Positions 26,940 through 39,387 of a stretch of DNA of 64,000 nucleotides are shown piece by piece. The notes below the pieces were generated by a model, which saw nothing but the letters and a program-made list of their open reading frames with translations, did not search any database and was not told the DNA's origin. The first letter of the stretch is position 1. Every line of letters starts with the position of its first letter. The stretch covers positions 186,001 to 250,000 of the forward strand of contig NW_026867197.1 in NCBI RefSeq assembly GCF_026571515.1. Direction: 5' to 3'. Source of the DNA: Ruditapes philippinarum (Eukaryota). The translations under genes and the position numbers were made by a program.

Positions 26940-27284
26940 AGCTGCACGCCTCCAGATGAGCCACACTATTTCATGAAAAATAATATTGAGAAAAATATAC
27001 TACTATTTTAAGAAAGGTAAAATATTCAAGATCCAAGGTATATTTTACGTAAATGTGCGGTTTAAAACCGATTTTGCAGTGTTTTATCACCATATTTCTA
27101 CTGCGTTACTAACGCAGTAAGGGCTGTTTTTGCATATATTGACCACTTTTTGGTAATTTTCTTGGATTGTAAGTGCCACTTGCAGTATGTAAATTACTAT
27201 TCTTGTTCACCTCACAATATTTTACGCTCAAATACATATTTAAAATTTTCATGAAAAATAACATGAATTTGGAGGCGTGCTGCT
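26940..27284. mobile_element. Non-autonomous DNA transposon (MITE) with TTAA target duplication, Kolobok-like
   Basis: TTAA-agctgcacgcctcca...tggaggcgtgctgct-TTAA. The terminal inverted repeat is ~15 bp with one mismatch. AG...CT termini with a TTAA duplication are typical of Kolobok. Confidence 0.75.
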
Positions 27285-28100
27285 TTAAAGACAACGGACA
27301 ATTAACTTGACAAAAGAAATTTTAATGAAGTACTAAGGAATATGATTTCATGTTGAATAATTTCGACATCACTGAAAATACTCTATGTGTGTTATTTGGT
27401 TGCTAAGTTTTTTAGTAATACAGTGCTACGTAGGGGGCGGGGTAAAACCTTGTATTGTGAAAGAAATCTACGATTATCTCGCCCATGTTTTAATCTTATG
27501 AATATTCTAGCACGGTATTGTCAAGGAAATACAGACTGGTTGATATTAGAATGACAGAATACAGTGACAAAATAGGGAGTGTGTAAGGTGTGTGAAATAG
27601 GCGACGATGATGATGAATTTCATTCCATATTAATATGTGATAGGTATAAATTTGTGAAAATATAACAAAACATGTTATTGCTCATTTTAGCTTTTGATGT
27701 AAAATACTTGGCAATTAGCCAGATTATTTTATAGATACTTGAATCTTTTATGATTGTTACTCACTTGCCTGTTACCGTATTTTATAGCAATACTAATAAT
27801 TCTATTAGACTTTATGGGCGATAAGCTAACTGGCTGTGTTTCATTTCTAAAAAAGTTAACTGTAAATAAAATTAATGTTTTGTTCTGTTCTAATCTGTTC
27901 TTCGCCTGATTTGTCAACAAACCAAGAAAACACATTTGCCCTTATATTCATGTCTACATCAAAAGTAAAAAGAAAGAATGGGTAGATTTATTAGTATAGC
28001 TTCTGAAATTTAAATTCAATTATTTGAATTGCAGATTCGGCTTGACTGGAATCTTGACATATCAATTGTTTTTCTAGGAATAAAAACTAGGAAAACAAAC

Positions 28101-28430
28101 CTGTGGCCACCCGGTGATATCGGAATAGATTGAGTGTACACTGGTCTCAAACTCTGTCGTTTGTACATCCGTACTGTCAGCATCATTCAGTTTGCAAGCG
28201 TTCGTCTGTCTGTCATAATCAAAAGATTTACAAGCCGTCAGGTAGAAACAAAATCTTGCACAATTATGGTGGTCAGTTGTTGTCTCGTGAATCATGTGCT
28301 CTTTAAGACGAATATTCAGATGCTCTCGTTTTAACTGAAACGGATTACACGTTCCCAAATTTTCACTAGCGACCACCTTCAAGTAACCAATCAACAAAAC
28401 AACTAACGAACTGGCAATATCTCCCGGCAT
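28101..28430 (-). CDS. Same gene, exon 1 (signal peptide + PAN/apple domain)
   Basis: ATG in an 'aaaacATG' context, hydrophobic leader MPGDIASSLVVLLIGYLKVVAS, PAN core CARFC-x5-CKSFDY-x6-CKLN, donor CAG|gtttgt, 330 nt, phase 0. Confidence 0.9.
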
Positions 28431-29170
28431 GTTTTTATTACTTAAAATAAATTTAAATCATTTATTCCTATAGTGTCTGCTACTTCGCGAGAAGTTTATA
28501 ACGCGACTCATCACATTAACTGATTCTTACGCTCCAATTCCGTACCAAATAAATATTTTATTAATACGAAACCTTCCGTAATATAACGCATGAACAATAA
28601 AATCAGAATTATTCCGTAATAACTCTTGTTGTTTGCTAATCTCTAAAATCAATTAATTCCTTTTAACCTTATCATTCGGGTACCGGGTTTATGTTTTTAA
28701 TCTTTTTACAGACAAAGATCAGAAAGAATGGGAAAAATTCCATGAATATGTAAATAAAATACATTTTATCCCCGAAACGATTCAGTAACTATGACTTATT
28801 TAAAATGAATTGCAAACGGTGAATCTCATTTGTTGTTCTGAAATAAAATGTAAAGGATAGTTCTTACCATTCTAAAATAAATTTTTAAGGATAGCTTCAT
28901 GGAGTTTACAAATCTCGGGAAAATATTTCTAGTCCCGTCATGCCCCCCCCCCCTCCCCCCCCAAAAAAAAACAACAAAAAAAACAAAAACAAACAAACAA
29001 ACAAATCAGTTCAGTCCCTTTAGAAACAGCACTTCTTCAGTTTTGTAATACATGTGGTATAAAAAAAAAGCCTTATGTATATTTTTCTTTTTCCGCAATA
29101 AGTACACTTTAAATGATTAATTATATTGTTTTGGCATAAATTGTTTACATTTAGCTAACTATGTCACGAA

Positions 29171-29408
29171 TGAGCCGCGCCATGAAAAAAACCAACATAA
29201 TGGGTTTGCGACCAGCATGGATCCAGACCAGCCTGCGCATCCGTGCAGTCTGATCAGGATCAATGCTGTTCGCTATCAGTTTCTCTACTTGTAATAGGAT
29301 TGGTCAGCGAACAGCATGGATCCTGATCAGACTGCACGGATGCGCAGGCTGGTCTGGATCCATGCTGGTCGCAAACCCATTATATTGGTTTTGTCGTGAC
29401 GCGGCTCA
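29171..29408. mobile_element. Palindromic (fold-back) MITE, ~238 bp
   Basis: Near-perfect inverted arms of ~105 bp (tgagccgcg...gctgttcgct / agcgaacagc...cgcggctca) around a ~30 bp spacer. Confidence 0.9.
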
Positions 29409-29999
29409 AATAATTTCCCATTCAGCAGTAGTATGCATCGAGTGTGGTGTTTTAAATCAATTATTATATTATTATAATGGAATATGTATTTATTTCTGAG
29501 GCTTGGCGTGCTTTTAACACAATTTCTTAAAGTTTGAATATGTTTGCCCTTAGAAAAAAGAAAAATCATTTCTAGACTTGATGTGCCTTTAACACAATTT
29601 CACAAAAATTTTCCGTTTATGAAGAGGACAGTTATAAAACTTTAAAAAAAAATTCTTGAAAATAAATTGGACCTATGGCATATCAACATGAAATCATTTA
29701 AATAAATCATAGATATTTAAAAGGTAAGCTCAATGTTCCAATGCTGTTTTCATCGTTCATTAAATTACAACTTGAATAATTCATGAATATAATCATTATC
29801 GCCAGAAACGCTATCAACAAATTAAATTGATTTCATCATAATTGACAAAAGATTTGCACTCTACACCAGTCTTATTGATATTGTCTGACAATAATAGATC
29901 AATTTCACGTTAAAAACAGACATTTTTAATTATCCAACGCACTTTCCAAGGCTTTTTGTTCTATAAATTTGTTCTATAAAGAACATATCTATAAAAATA

Positions 30000-30962
30000 C
30001 ACCTAGACTTTTGACTACATTATATGCAGATAGTTGCGTGACTGTTGTCGTACACCCAGGCTTTGACTACATAAGATACAGAAAGCAGCGTGACTATTGT
30101 CGTACACCTAGGCTTTGACTACATAAGATACAGAAAGCAGCGTGACTATTGTCGTACACCTAGGCTTTGACTACATTAGATACAGATAGCAACGTGATTG
30201 TTGTCGTATACCTAGGCTTTGACTACATTAGATACAGATAGCAATGTGACTGTTGTCGTACACCTAGGCTTTGACTACATTAGATACAGAATGCAACGTG
30301 ACTGTTGTCGTACACCTAGGCTTTGACTACATTAGATGCAAATAGCTGCGTGATTGTTGTCGAACACCTAGGATTTGACTACATTAGATGCAGATAACTG
30401 CGCGATTGTTGTTGTACACCTATGCTTTGACTACATTAGGTACAGAAAGCGGCGCGATTTTTGTCGCACACCTAGGCTTTGACTACATTAGATACAGAAA
30501 GCGGCGTGATTGTTGTCGTACACCAAGGCTTTTGACTACATTAGATACAGAAAGCAACGTAATTGTTGTCGTACACCTAGGCTTTGACTACATTAGATAC
30601 AGATAGCAACGTGATTTTTGTCGCACACCTAGGCTTTGACTACATTAGATACAGAAAGCGGCGTGATTGTTGTCGTACACCAAGGCTTTGACTACATTAG
30701 ATACAGAAAGCGGCGTGATTGTTGTCGTACACCTAGGACTTGACTACATTAGATACAGAAAGCAACGAAATTGTTGTCGTACACCTAGGCTTTGACTACA
30801 TTAGATACAGAAAGCGGCGTGATTGTTGTCGTACACCTAGGCTTCGACTACATTAGATACAGAAAGCAACGTATTGTTGTCGTACACCTAGGGTTTGACT
30901 ACATTAGATACAGAAAGCGGCGTGATTGTTGTCGTACACCCAGGCTTTGACTACATTAGATA
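30000..30962 (+). repeat. 52-bp minisatellite, ~18 copies
   Basis: Unit 'gtacacctaggctttgactacattagatacagaaagcagcgtgactattgtc'. Period of 52 measured between 30101 and 30153. Confidence 0.97.
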
Positions 30963-31319
30963 GACCCATTAAGCTTCAGAAATGCTATCATTTTTATGTT
31001 TCGAAATTGTATTTTACTTATCTTGTTTCCTTTTCCAAATAAGTTACACTTTGGCCATAAAGACTGACTATCTTTTGCTTCTTTTCTCCTTGGTAAGTGA
31101 TAAAATTATAGTAATTCATTAGTTCGTATAGAAGTCAAAATACTATTGCTTTACATTTTGCTACCTTTACAACATATTACTGTACATTCTTTGCTACTCT
31201 CTTAAGTTGTTTAACATCTTAAATGCTCTAAATTCATTTTTAAAACACTATTGAACACTTATTTGACCTTTCCAAAGAATGAGAAAGTTATTGATTTCTG
31301 AAGCATAATGTGCCTTTAA
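30962..31319. mobile_element. Degenerate TTAA-type (Kolobok-like) MITE
   Basis: Right end 'tttctgaagcataatgtgcct-ttaa' is inverted to the left end 'cattaagcttcagaaa'. Related ends occur at ~29495-29517, ~29570-29592 and ~32398-32422. Confidence 0.45.
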
Positions 31320-31694
31320 AAACATGAATGTAAAGCATGTCCTTATGATTTATCGTAAAAAAATGCTTCAATTCTAAGTATAATGTCTGTAAAAACTATA
31401 CGTAATTTTTGTTTTGGTGAAAAACACTAGCTGCAGATGCGTACATACATTTGTTTCATGAGTTAATTAAATCTATTGTAACTACTAGTCTGCTTAATAC
31501 CGAAGAACATATAATTTATATTCATTTGAATAATATTTAAAATAGTATATTGCATTTCGTTGAAAGTACCAAAAAAAGCTTTACATTCGGTGCAACTTAC
31601 CAAAAATGCAAATAAAGAGCATTTTATTATTTAAGTATTGGAAAGTTGTAATAAAATACTCATAACGTATTTCTTGCAATTAAATTATTTTATG

Positions 31695-31860
31695 TGAGGA
31701 AGCTACCAGTCCAATGTACAGACGTCGGTGGTTCTACTAAGGTGACCGCAGGTGCCTTAAAATAAAGCACTGAGGGTCATCTAAGACCTCTCTACATTAG
31801 TAAAGCTGGGCAGTCGCCATATAAACTGTTCTGGTGTGACATAAAGCCTAACCAACCGAA
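31695..31860 (+). mobile_element. SINE 3' fragment
   Basis: 'gaggaagcta...gtcggtggttctac...aaagctgg..agtcgccatat...gtgtgacataaa...aaccaacc' resembles mollusc SINE bodies and tails. This is a recalled resemblance, not a search result. Confidence 0.5.
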
Positions 31861-32759
31861 CCCGAGGGGGGGGGGGGGGGGTAGGGAGTTCGTGAGTTGG
31901 TCTTACACCTGACTGATATCTTGCCACAGAATAATAGTGCTTTTCCTATCAATACAATTAATAAAATTGGTGATTTTTATAATATATAATTATGTATGTA
32001 ATAGCCTTGGATACGCAACGTAATGATCAAAAAACGGGCTTTGACGGTCAACTTTGACGTCGTGTGAACAAAAATTAGCTGATTCTATTGGAATAAAAAT
32101 AACAGAATCTAATCAGAAATATGGTCATAATTTTGCATGCCAATTTTCAAGACCCTGCTCGATAGTTCGCAAAGTGTCGCGTTCTACCTAAAAACACATT
32201 TGTATGTAAGTGTAATACAATTACCTTTTTTACTATAGTATTCAGATGGTTGAAAAGATATATTGAAGTCAAACAATCAAACAATATCGTATGGTTGTCA
32301 ATCGAGAAAAATTAATGGATTGTTAAAAAACCAAGTATATCTGTCCTCAGAACTTCTGGCAATAATAACGATTTAAATGAATTATTCATGTTTTTAATTA
32401 AAGGCACACTTCGTCTCAGAAACAAATTAATGTTTACTTCATTACAAAGGACAAAGCTATCTTTTGGAACATTGCACAGGCCATATTTCATTATAAAATT
32501 CCATATGCGGAACTACAATATGATTTAAGAGAATTATTAAATAAGTAAAGTAGTGTTTATAACATAATGATAATGCCTTTGGGTAATTAATTTAATTATG
32601 TTTTGATTTAAAGATATTCACGGTATATCAGTATTAAAAAAAATAATAAGAACAATCAACTTTTCAGATATTGTATATGCTCTTTTCCACCATTGCTGCA
32701 GCATGAAAAATATTCAGATTGTAGATTCCGTCCTAAATATCCTTTACTCTCTGTTTAGG

Positions 32760-33342
32760 TGATGGCAATAAATACTTAAGATGATGGCAATAAAAACTTT
32801 AGATGATGGCAATAAATACTTGAGATGATGGCAATAAATATTTTAGATGAAGGCAATACAAACTTTTGATGGTGGAAATTTTAGATGATGGAAATCAATA
32901 CTTTAGATGATAGCAATAAATATTTAAGATGATGGCAATGTATACTTTAGAGGATGGAAATAAATACTTTAAATGATGGCAATTGTAGATGATGGCAATA
33001 AATACTTTAGATAATGACAATAAATACTTTAGATGATGGCAATAGAAACTTAAGATGATGGCAATAAATACTTAAGATGATGGCAATAAATTCTTCACAT
33101 GATGGCAATATTTAGATAATGACAATAATTACTTTAAATGATAGCAATAAATACTTATGATGAGGGCAATACATTTTTGAAGATGATGGCAATAAATTCT
33201 TTACATGATTGCAATATTTAGATGATGGCAATAATTACTTTAGATGATAGCAATTAATACTTATGATGATGGCAATGAATTCTTTACACGATGGCAATGA
33301 ATTCTTTACATGATGGCGATCAATACTTAAAATGATGACAAT
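32760..33342 (+). repeat. 21-22 bp minisatellite 'agatgatggcaataaatacttt', ~25-28 copies
   Basis: Directly visible. Confidence 0.95.
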
Positions 33343-33634
33343 AACAACAAGAAATCTATATTGTCATAACATGAGAGTTTTACTATTATACATCTATATA
33401 CAATGCGTTTAAAGTTGTAAAAAAATGAGAGATTCTATCGAGATGCTGCAATGAAGGAAAAATTTTACCAGGTAAACAATCACAGTGTTGATCTGTACAA
33501 ATATGTTTGTTATCTAAATCAATACCATTCTGAACAACATTGTAAAAGTCTACGATCTAATCACGGGGCGATGAAAAAGTTTTAGCTTGATAAGTCGCAT
33601 TTTAAAGCTACGAGGAAAAAGGGAAAACAACTGA

Positions 33635-33826
33635 GAGAGGATATGTTTTTGGAAACACAGAGTATTTAAAGACCGGATAGGATATGTTTTTGGAAACATA
33701 GAGTTTTTAAAGACCGGAGAGAATTTGTTTTTTGAAACATAGAGTTGTTAAAGACCGGAGATGATATGTTTTTGGAAAAATAGAGTATTTAAAGACCGGA
33801 GAGGATATGTTTTTGGAAACACAGAG
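33635..33826 (+). repeat. 41-bp tandem repeat (~4.5 copies), followed by ~31 bp repeats at ~33836-33912
   Basis: 'gaccgga' recurs at 33671, 33712, 33753 and 33794. Confidence 0.9.
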
Positions 33827-34043
33827 TTATGACCCCTCTATAAAATCAAACGTGTAGGGTTTTGTCCACTCTATAAAATTCATGTGTGGGGTTTTGTCCA
33901 CTCTATGAAATTTTGAGGTGTGGGGCATTGACGTGCGGGATTTTGTCCGTCTTCCGTTTTGGATGAAACCAATGTGGTAAATAAGGTTGAATATACTGAC
34001 GAGGATCCAGTAGCGAAATCTTTTACAATTCTTGTAGACCTCT

Positions 34044-34202
34044 NNNNNNNNNNNNNNNNNNNNNNNNNNNNNNNNNNNNNNNNNNNNNNNNNNNNNNNNN
34101 NNNNNNNNNNNNNNNNNNNNNNNNNNNNNNNNNNNNNNNNNNNNNNNNNNNNNNNNNNNNNNNNNNNNNNNNNNNNNNNNNNNNNNNNNNNNNNNNNNNN
34201 NN
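34044..34202. other. Assembly gap
   Basis: Run of N. Confidence 1.
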
Positions 34203-37200
34203 TTTTCATTTATAATTTGATGATTTGAAAGAAGATCATTTACAAATTTCTTTGTCATCAATTTTTTATCAATCAATTTCATTCAATTAAAATATTCAAT
34301 AATTTTCAATTTTAGGTTTCCCTCTGAATAGTTGTTTCAAAAAAGTGACTTATTGTCCTATGTACAACGCATCGGAACGGTAAAATGGATTATTAAATAG
34401 GGGAACAAATAAGTCTAATTTTAGTTTTATTTGCTTTTTCGAAATATCAATGCATCTATTATACTGTAGCATTGTCTCTCTGGGTATCAATATTTGCCCA
34501 AAAAGCATTTTATCAGTATTGTTCAAATAATGGCGTTACTGACGACCATTGTGTCGTTTTACACTGCGGGTGAGCAACAAGCCAAATATTTAGAGATAAG
34601 TGGTTAAAGTGGTTTTGTTGATATTAGCCAGCCAACTTGTCCGGCGTCCGCCCCCTTCTATCATATGCTGAAAGTGAAACATTTTTACGACAATTTTAAT
34701 TACTCAAGCGTTTTTTTAATTGAAATCAGGTAATTGGTAATTAAATCACGTTAGTCCATACATTTAATTGGTCTTAACCTAGCGGACTTGGAAATGTTAC
34801 CTTATCCTAATGCAGTTTTTCTGTCATAATGTTTCCTTATATATAGATACACTAGCGACAAATGTGGTCCTGTCATAAACTTCTTTCTGTTGCCTCTTTA
34901 TGGCTTATACTACTAAACCATACACAGATCACAAAGCTGTCATGATTGATTATTGTACTATTTTCCTTTATTTTAAAATGCATGTCTGTAAACAGCTACA
35001 TGGGTACACTCAGTAGAACTGTAAGCGGATATTATTGCTGGAGCTAGGCATATAAGTCATGATAGGTCAAACGCCGAGAAGTTCCAACAGTATCAGCTGC
35101 AAATCATTACATCTTGAAACGAGATTTCATTTAACAATGGTGTACTTTCAGGGAATCACATTTTCTATAACTGTCAATATCATTGATAGTTTAAAAAACT
35201 ACACAACAGATTACATACTTAGTTAAAACGGCAAGACAATCAGTAGACAGGATGGAGGAGATAAAATCAACGTAAAAAAACTTAAGTCTCTTCCAGGTTT
35301 TCATACTTCATAACAGTAGGTGTCAAGTGCCATATGGCAGTTATTAAAAGTTACATAGTGTTGTTATAATTTCCTGCGTAAAAATAGCAACTGTTAAGAA
35401 AATTGTGCTAAAAATCAACAAAAGTACAACAGAAAAGCAAAGCACAAACACATTAATTTTAAGATTTTATTTTTCAAGATTATTTTGTTCATACAACATA
35501 AGATATATTTTAGTATCTGCCGCGAATATTTTCTGGACCTTGGAAGCCTTTGCCATACGATACTTCCACAAAATACAAGAGACACTCATTATTATTTTGA
35601 CTTCTTATAACTTCCAAAAAGTTACACATGAATACAAGGCCATGAATCATATCTCGCTTCTGCTGATTTAAGGCAATTAGCACAATTATAGTGATTCATT
35701 GTTCATGTATGGAGGTCAAAATACTATTTTGTTTACATTTCGGTACTTAATTGACGGAAAATTTCAAATTTTGCGCTACATACTTCTGGTGACGAGTATT
35801 TAACATACTCCTACTTTGAAGTCCCTTTGAAACAAACCTTAGTTTAGTAATGCATGTTTAACCTTTAAACACATTTCAAATTTAAGATGCGAATATATAA
35901 TGTCAATGACATCCAAATTCCGCTTAGATAAACACTCCTCGGTATTAAATGACAAGATTAAAAAGGTCCAAATTAAGTAACGTCATAATTACCTTGTTGA
36001 TCAAATTCCGTTTATATTCTCAAAATAACATTTTAAATCAACGATACCTTTGTTTTTTGGCATGTAAATAACAGTGGCACAAAATGTTTTGCTCTTTGTA
36101 TGCCCTTATTTTTGGCATCGACTGTTAAAGCTATTTAAGGCTACAAAAACATTTCAAATAAATGTACTAGTATCTGTACAAAATATAGTCCGGTCAAAAA
36201 TGTATATTTGTTTACACACACTTTTAAAATTATGAATGTATGTCATTCAGCAAATGATGTTTCGACTTCCCTTTCATACAACGTACACAGTCTCTGCCAT
36301 ATGTGCATGCTACCCTTCTAATTGTTATTTAAGCGATGATTCTGTGTAAGTATCAGGGATTGTCAATTTAACAATGTTAGTTAGGATTACCATGACAACG
36401 GTCTGTACATAACTACTGAATTCTTACATCCTGTTCAACAGGCATCTTAATTAATGTATAAAAATGTTAACAAAATATATATGATATGCAAAAGAATGTG
36501 GACATTGAAACTATTATATTTATGATAAATTCATATGGAATTCATTATATCTTAACACATTCATTCATCACCGATACAGTGAACATTTATTTTCATTTTG
36601 TTTTTCTCGTTTTGGAATACCTCAATATAACAATATGCGCAAAATAAACAAGACGTTAAACTTGCATATGTTATTTCTTAGTCTTCCATACACATAGAAA
36701 TGTTAACAATGTATGCATAACAATAATAAAATTTTACAGCTTAGAAAAGAAAACAGTTTGTAAACATAGAAATTAGATTAAAAGCATATTGATGTCATTT
36801 CAAAGTAGGGCAATCTAAGGATAATGGATATAAAATCAACAAACTATTTATAAACTGTGTCATCTTTAATTAAATGCAAGCAGCTATAATGAAAAAAGGA
36901 GAAAGAAAAAATAATAGCCTATAAAAACTTTGTTAATACAAACCCATAAACACTTTCCATATGATCTACGTAAATAAACGAGGAATACCGAGTGAAAAAA
37001 TACGTGTTGTTTCCCTTATCTTTATCTCTTATGCTAAATCAATACAAATTAAACCGTTTTTAAACTGCTAGTATGCTGTGATTAAATGTATGATTTTAAA
37101 ATTTATTAAACCAACGGAAAGCTTTGGATCTTAGCTTCGTCACAATATATACTTCATCACATGTGTTGATAAAAAAGTATTTAAATAAACTGTTAAACCT

Positions 37201-37650
37201 ACCACATGTCAAATCATTTTACACCGGAAACTACTGTCGTCTGCAAGTTTGGAAAGTGTAAACAGCTAGAGATAGTCTTTTTCGTTGTTTTCAAACCCAC
37301 GGGGGATAGTTTACAAAACTTTACGTACATTTAAAATGTGTTAATACTGAATTGAAATGTTCGAATTAGTATCTTGCATATTTAAAAAAGTTATATGCAT
37401 CATCTACAATACAACAATACAACTTTAGTGTTGTGTAAGTGTAAAATGTTGCCCCGATTTTTACTTCAGTGTTGTTCTATTTTCTGGTCCTTCGGGATCA
37501 TTGATTCCAGCACTTTTTAAGTGTTTCAAATTGAATACCGCTCAAGCCGGTTGAAAGGGGCTTGTTACACTTTTCCATTATTCCTCATGTACAGGCTCAA
37601 GAGAGATCATTTTTCCAAAGCTTTATACACATAAATAATACTTTAAACAT

Positions 37651-39387
37651 TCAGATACTATCAGATCCGTTATCAGCTGAATAATTGTTAGTTTTAGGCT
37701 TTATTTTAAAAACATGCAGTTTATTGGATACATTAGCGTCACTGCTTCCACAACTCACATATAGCATTTTCTTAACGTTGGAAATAGCGAGAGCTATCGG
37801 TGCCTTAATATCGTCATTGATGGTCAACACTGCTTCGTCTTCTGACAGATCATCCGGTAACTGAAATACGGAGTTGCTAGACTTTGAACAGGCGTATACT
37901 GAGCCACCAGCGCTTACTGCAAGACCCATGTACCTATGTCTTCCAAATGTACCGGTAACATTTCCCAACCTTGATAAACGGAACAGGCACATTTTAGTTA
38001 AATCAGTAACGTACATCCAACTGCTATCTGGGCTCAAACCTATGCATTTTGGTTCAGTAAATATAGACCCAGACTCATTCAATTGGAAAGTGCACAGTAC
38101 TTCTCCGTTAAGTCTTAAGATTTCTATTTTTGGCCTAACTTTACCATCGAACGCAACGATAAGTTTCCCGTCATCATATTTGATGCCTCGACAATTCCCG
38201 GCTGTCCTTATTTGTTCTGCTTTAGTCACACCTTTTCTTGTTGAAAGTAGCTGAATACGTTCCTCATCCCTTAGTGTCACGGCAAGCTGGTCCGGTGGTA
38301 TTACCGTTATATCTCGTGGAGATGATGTTAACTCAATGTGAGAAACAATCTGGTCGTGAGATACATCCACAATTTTCACATTTTTATTGGCTTTGTCTGC
38401 TATAGCGAGATGATCAGGCGATAGAAATGCTAGTCCAGTTGCATAGCAGGTTTTTCTATCACTTTCAGATTTTATATTAATATAACTTGGTTTGCGTGTC
38501 TCCAGCATTTCCAAAGATCTACAAGGTCCTAATTCGCTGCCTACCAACTTTAATGTACCCAGTACATTTTCACAAGTTATGAAGTCACTCAACCGATTTG
38601 AAGGACTAAAAATGATATTGTCAAATGTATTTCGTGTCGATATTTCGTAAATCCTCATAAAGTAGTCTGATATTTTCTTTTCAGCACGTTTTGCTTCAAG
38701 AAATTGCAAATTGTTTTTGTTTTGTTTCTTCAGGTTAGTCATCAAATCGGCAGTATTAGATACTTCATTTTCAAGTACATCCAAATCAAATTTTAATTTT
38801 GCCAACTTATCATCACTTGCTTTTATATAAGATAATGCCTCTTCTTCGAGTTCTTTTTCGAACTTGTCTAGATGTTCTGTGATCTTTCTTTTTATTGCCC
38901 TAAAGGTTTCAGTAGCTAGTTGAAAGGATTTTTTGTATTGTGGTGCATTTTCTTTTAATTTGTCTAAGCCTTCGGAAATCTTTCCTTTTAGTTCTTGTAT
39001 GCAAACTTCAATGTTTAAGTACTCTTCAAAATTGGTAAACTGTGTTGAAACATCCGGTATGTAGTCTGTTTCACAATTCTTGTGCTGTAACATACAGACA
39101 TTACATCCAAGATCTTCATGAGCACGACAGTAGAATTTAATAACCTCGTTTTCATGCTTCGAACAAGGCGGCAAAGGATCATTTGCGTTGACTGGGTCAC
39201 TCTTTACCGCATGATGAAAACTTGATCTCTTGTCTTTTTTGTGAGATTCAAAACATTTCCTGCACAAATATATCTTACAGTTGTGACAAAATCCAAATGC
39301 TTGAATACGGTAATCATTATCCCCACAAATTTTGCAGATATGTCCATGAACGTTTCCCTCATTAAATTTTCTCCCCGAAACATCCAT
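37651..39387 (-). CDS. RING-less TRIM-like protein A (B-box1, B-box2, coiled coil, NHL-like beta-propeller), 578 aa, uninterrupted CDS
   Basis: B-box1 CKIC...CHNCKIYLCRKCFESH...H; B-box2 CSKH...YCRAH...CNVC...HKNC; helical K/E-rich middle region; C-terminal repeats with AIAD..NKNVKIVD, PRDITV, CRGI, PKCIGL, GLAV and PIALAI blades. Confidence 0.93.
   Translation of the reverse strand: MDVSGRKFNEGNVHGHICKICGDNDYRIQAFGFCHNCKIYLCRKCFESHKKDKRSSFHHAVKSDPVNANDPLPPCSKHENEVIKFYCRAHEDLGCNVCMLQHKNCETDYIPDVSTQFTNFEEYLNIEVCIQELKGKISEGLDKLKENAPQYKKSFQLATETFRAIKRKITEHLDKFEKELEEEALSYIKASDDKLAKLKFDLDVLENEVSNTADLMTNLKKQNKNNLQFLEAKRAEKKISDYFMRIYEISTRNTFDNIIFSPSNRLSDFITCENVLGTLKLVGSELGPCRSLEMLETRKPSYINIKSESDRKTCYATGLAFLSPDHLAIADKANKNVKIVDVSHDQIVSHIELTSSPRDITVIPPDQLAVTLRDEERIQLLSTRKGVTKAEQIRTAGNCRGIKYDDGKLIVAFDGKVRPKIEILRLNGEVLCTFQLNESGSIFTEPKCIGLSPDSSWMYVTDLTKMCLFRLSRLGNVTGTFGRHRYMGLAVSAGGSVYACSKSSNSVFQLPDDLSEDEAVLTINDDIKAPIALAISNVKKMLYVSCGSSDANVSNKLHVFKIKPKTNNYSADNGSDSI

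Noticed and set aside
15549-28430. Calling the gene plasminogen or HGF
   Set aside because: It has one kringle only, intervening sushi domains, and a stop right after the kringle with no protease domain.
30000-30962. CRISPR-like regular array
   Set aside because: The whole 52-bp unit repeats with no unique spacers, there are no cas genes, and the context is eukaryotic. It is a minisatellite.
33827-34282. ORFs spanning N runs (also near 10057-10286, 58933-59178, 59498-59689)
   Set aside because: Artefacts of translating assembly gaps.
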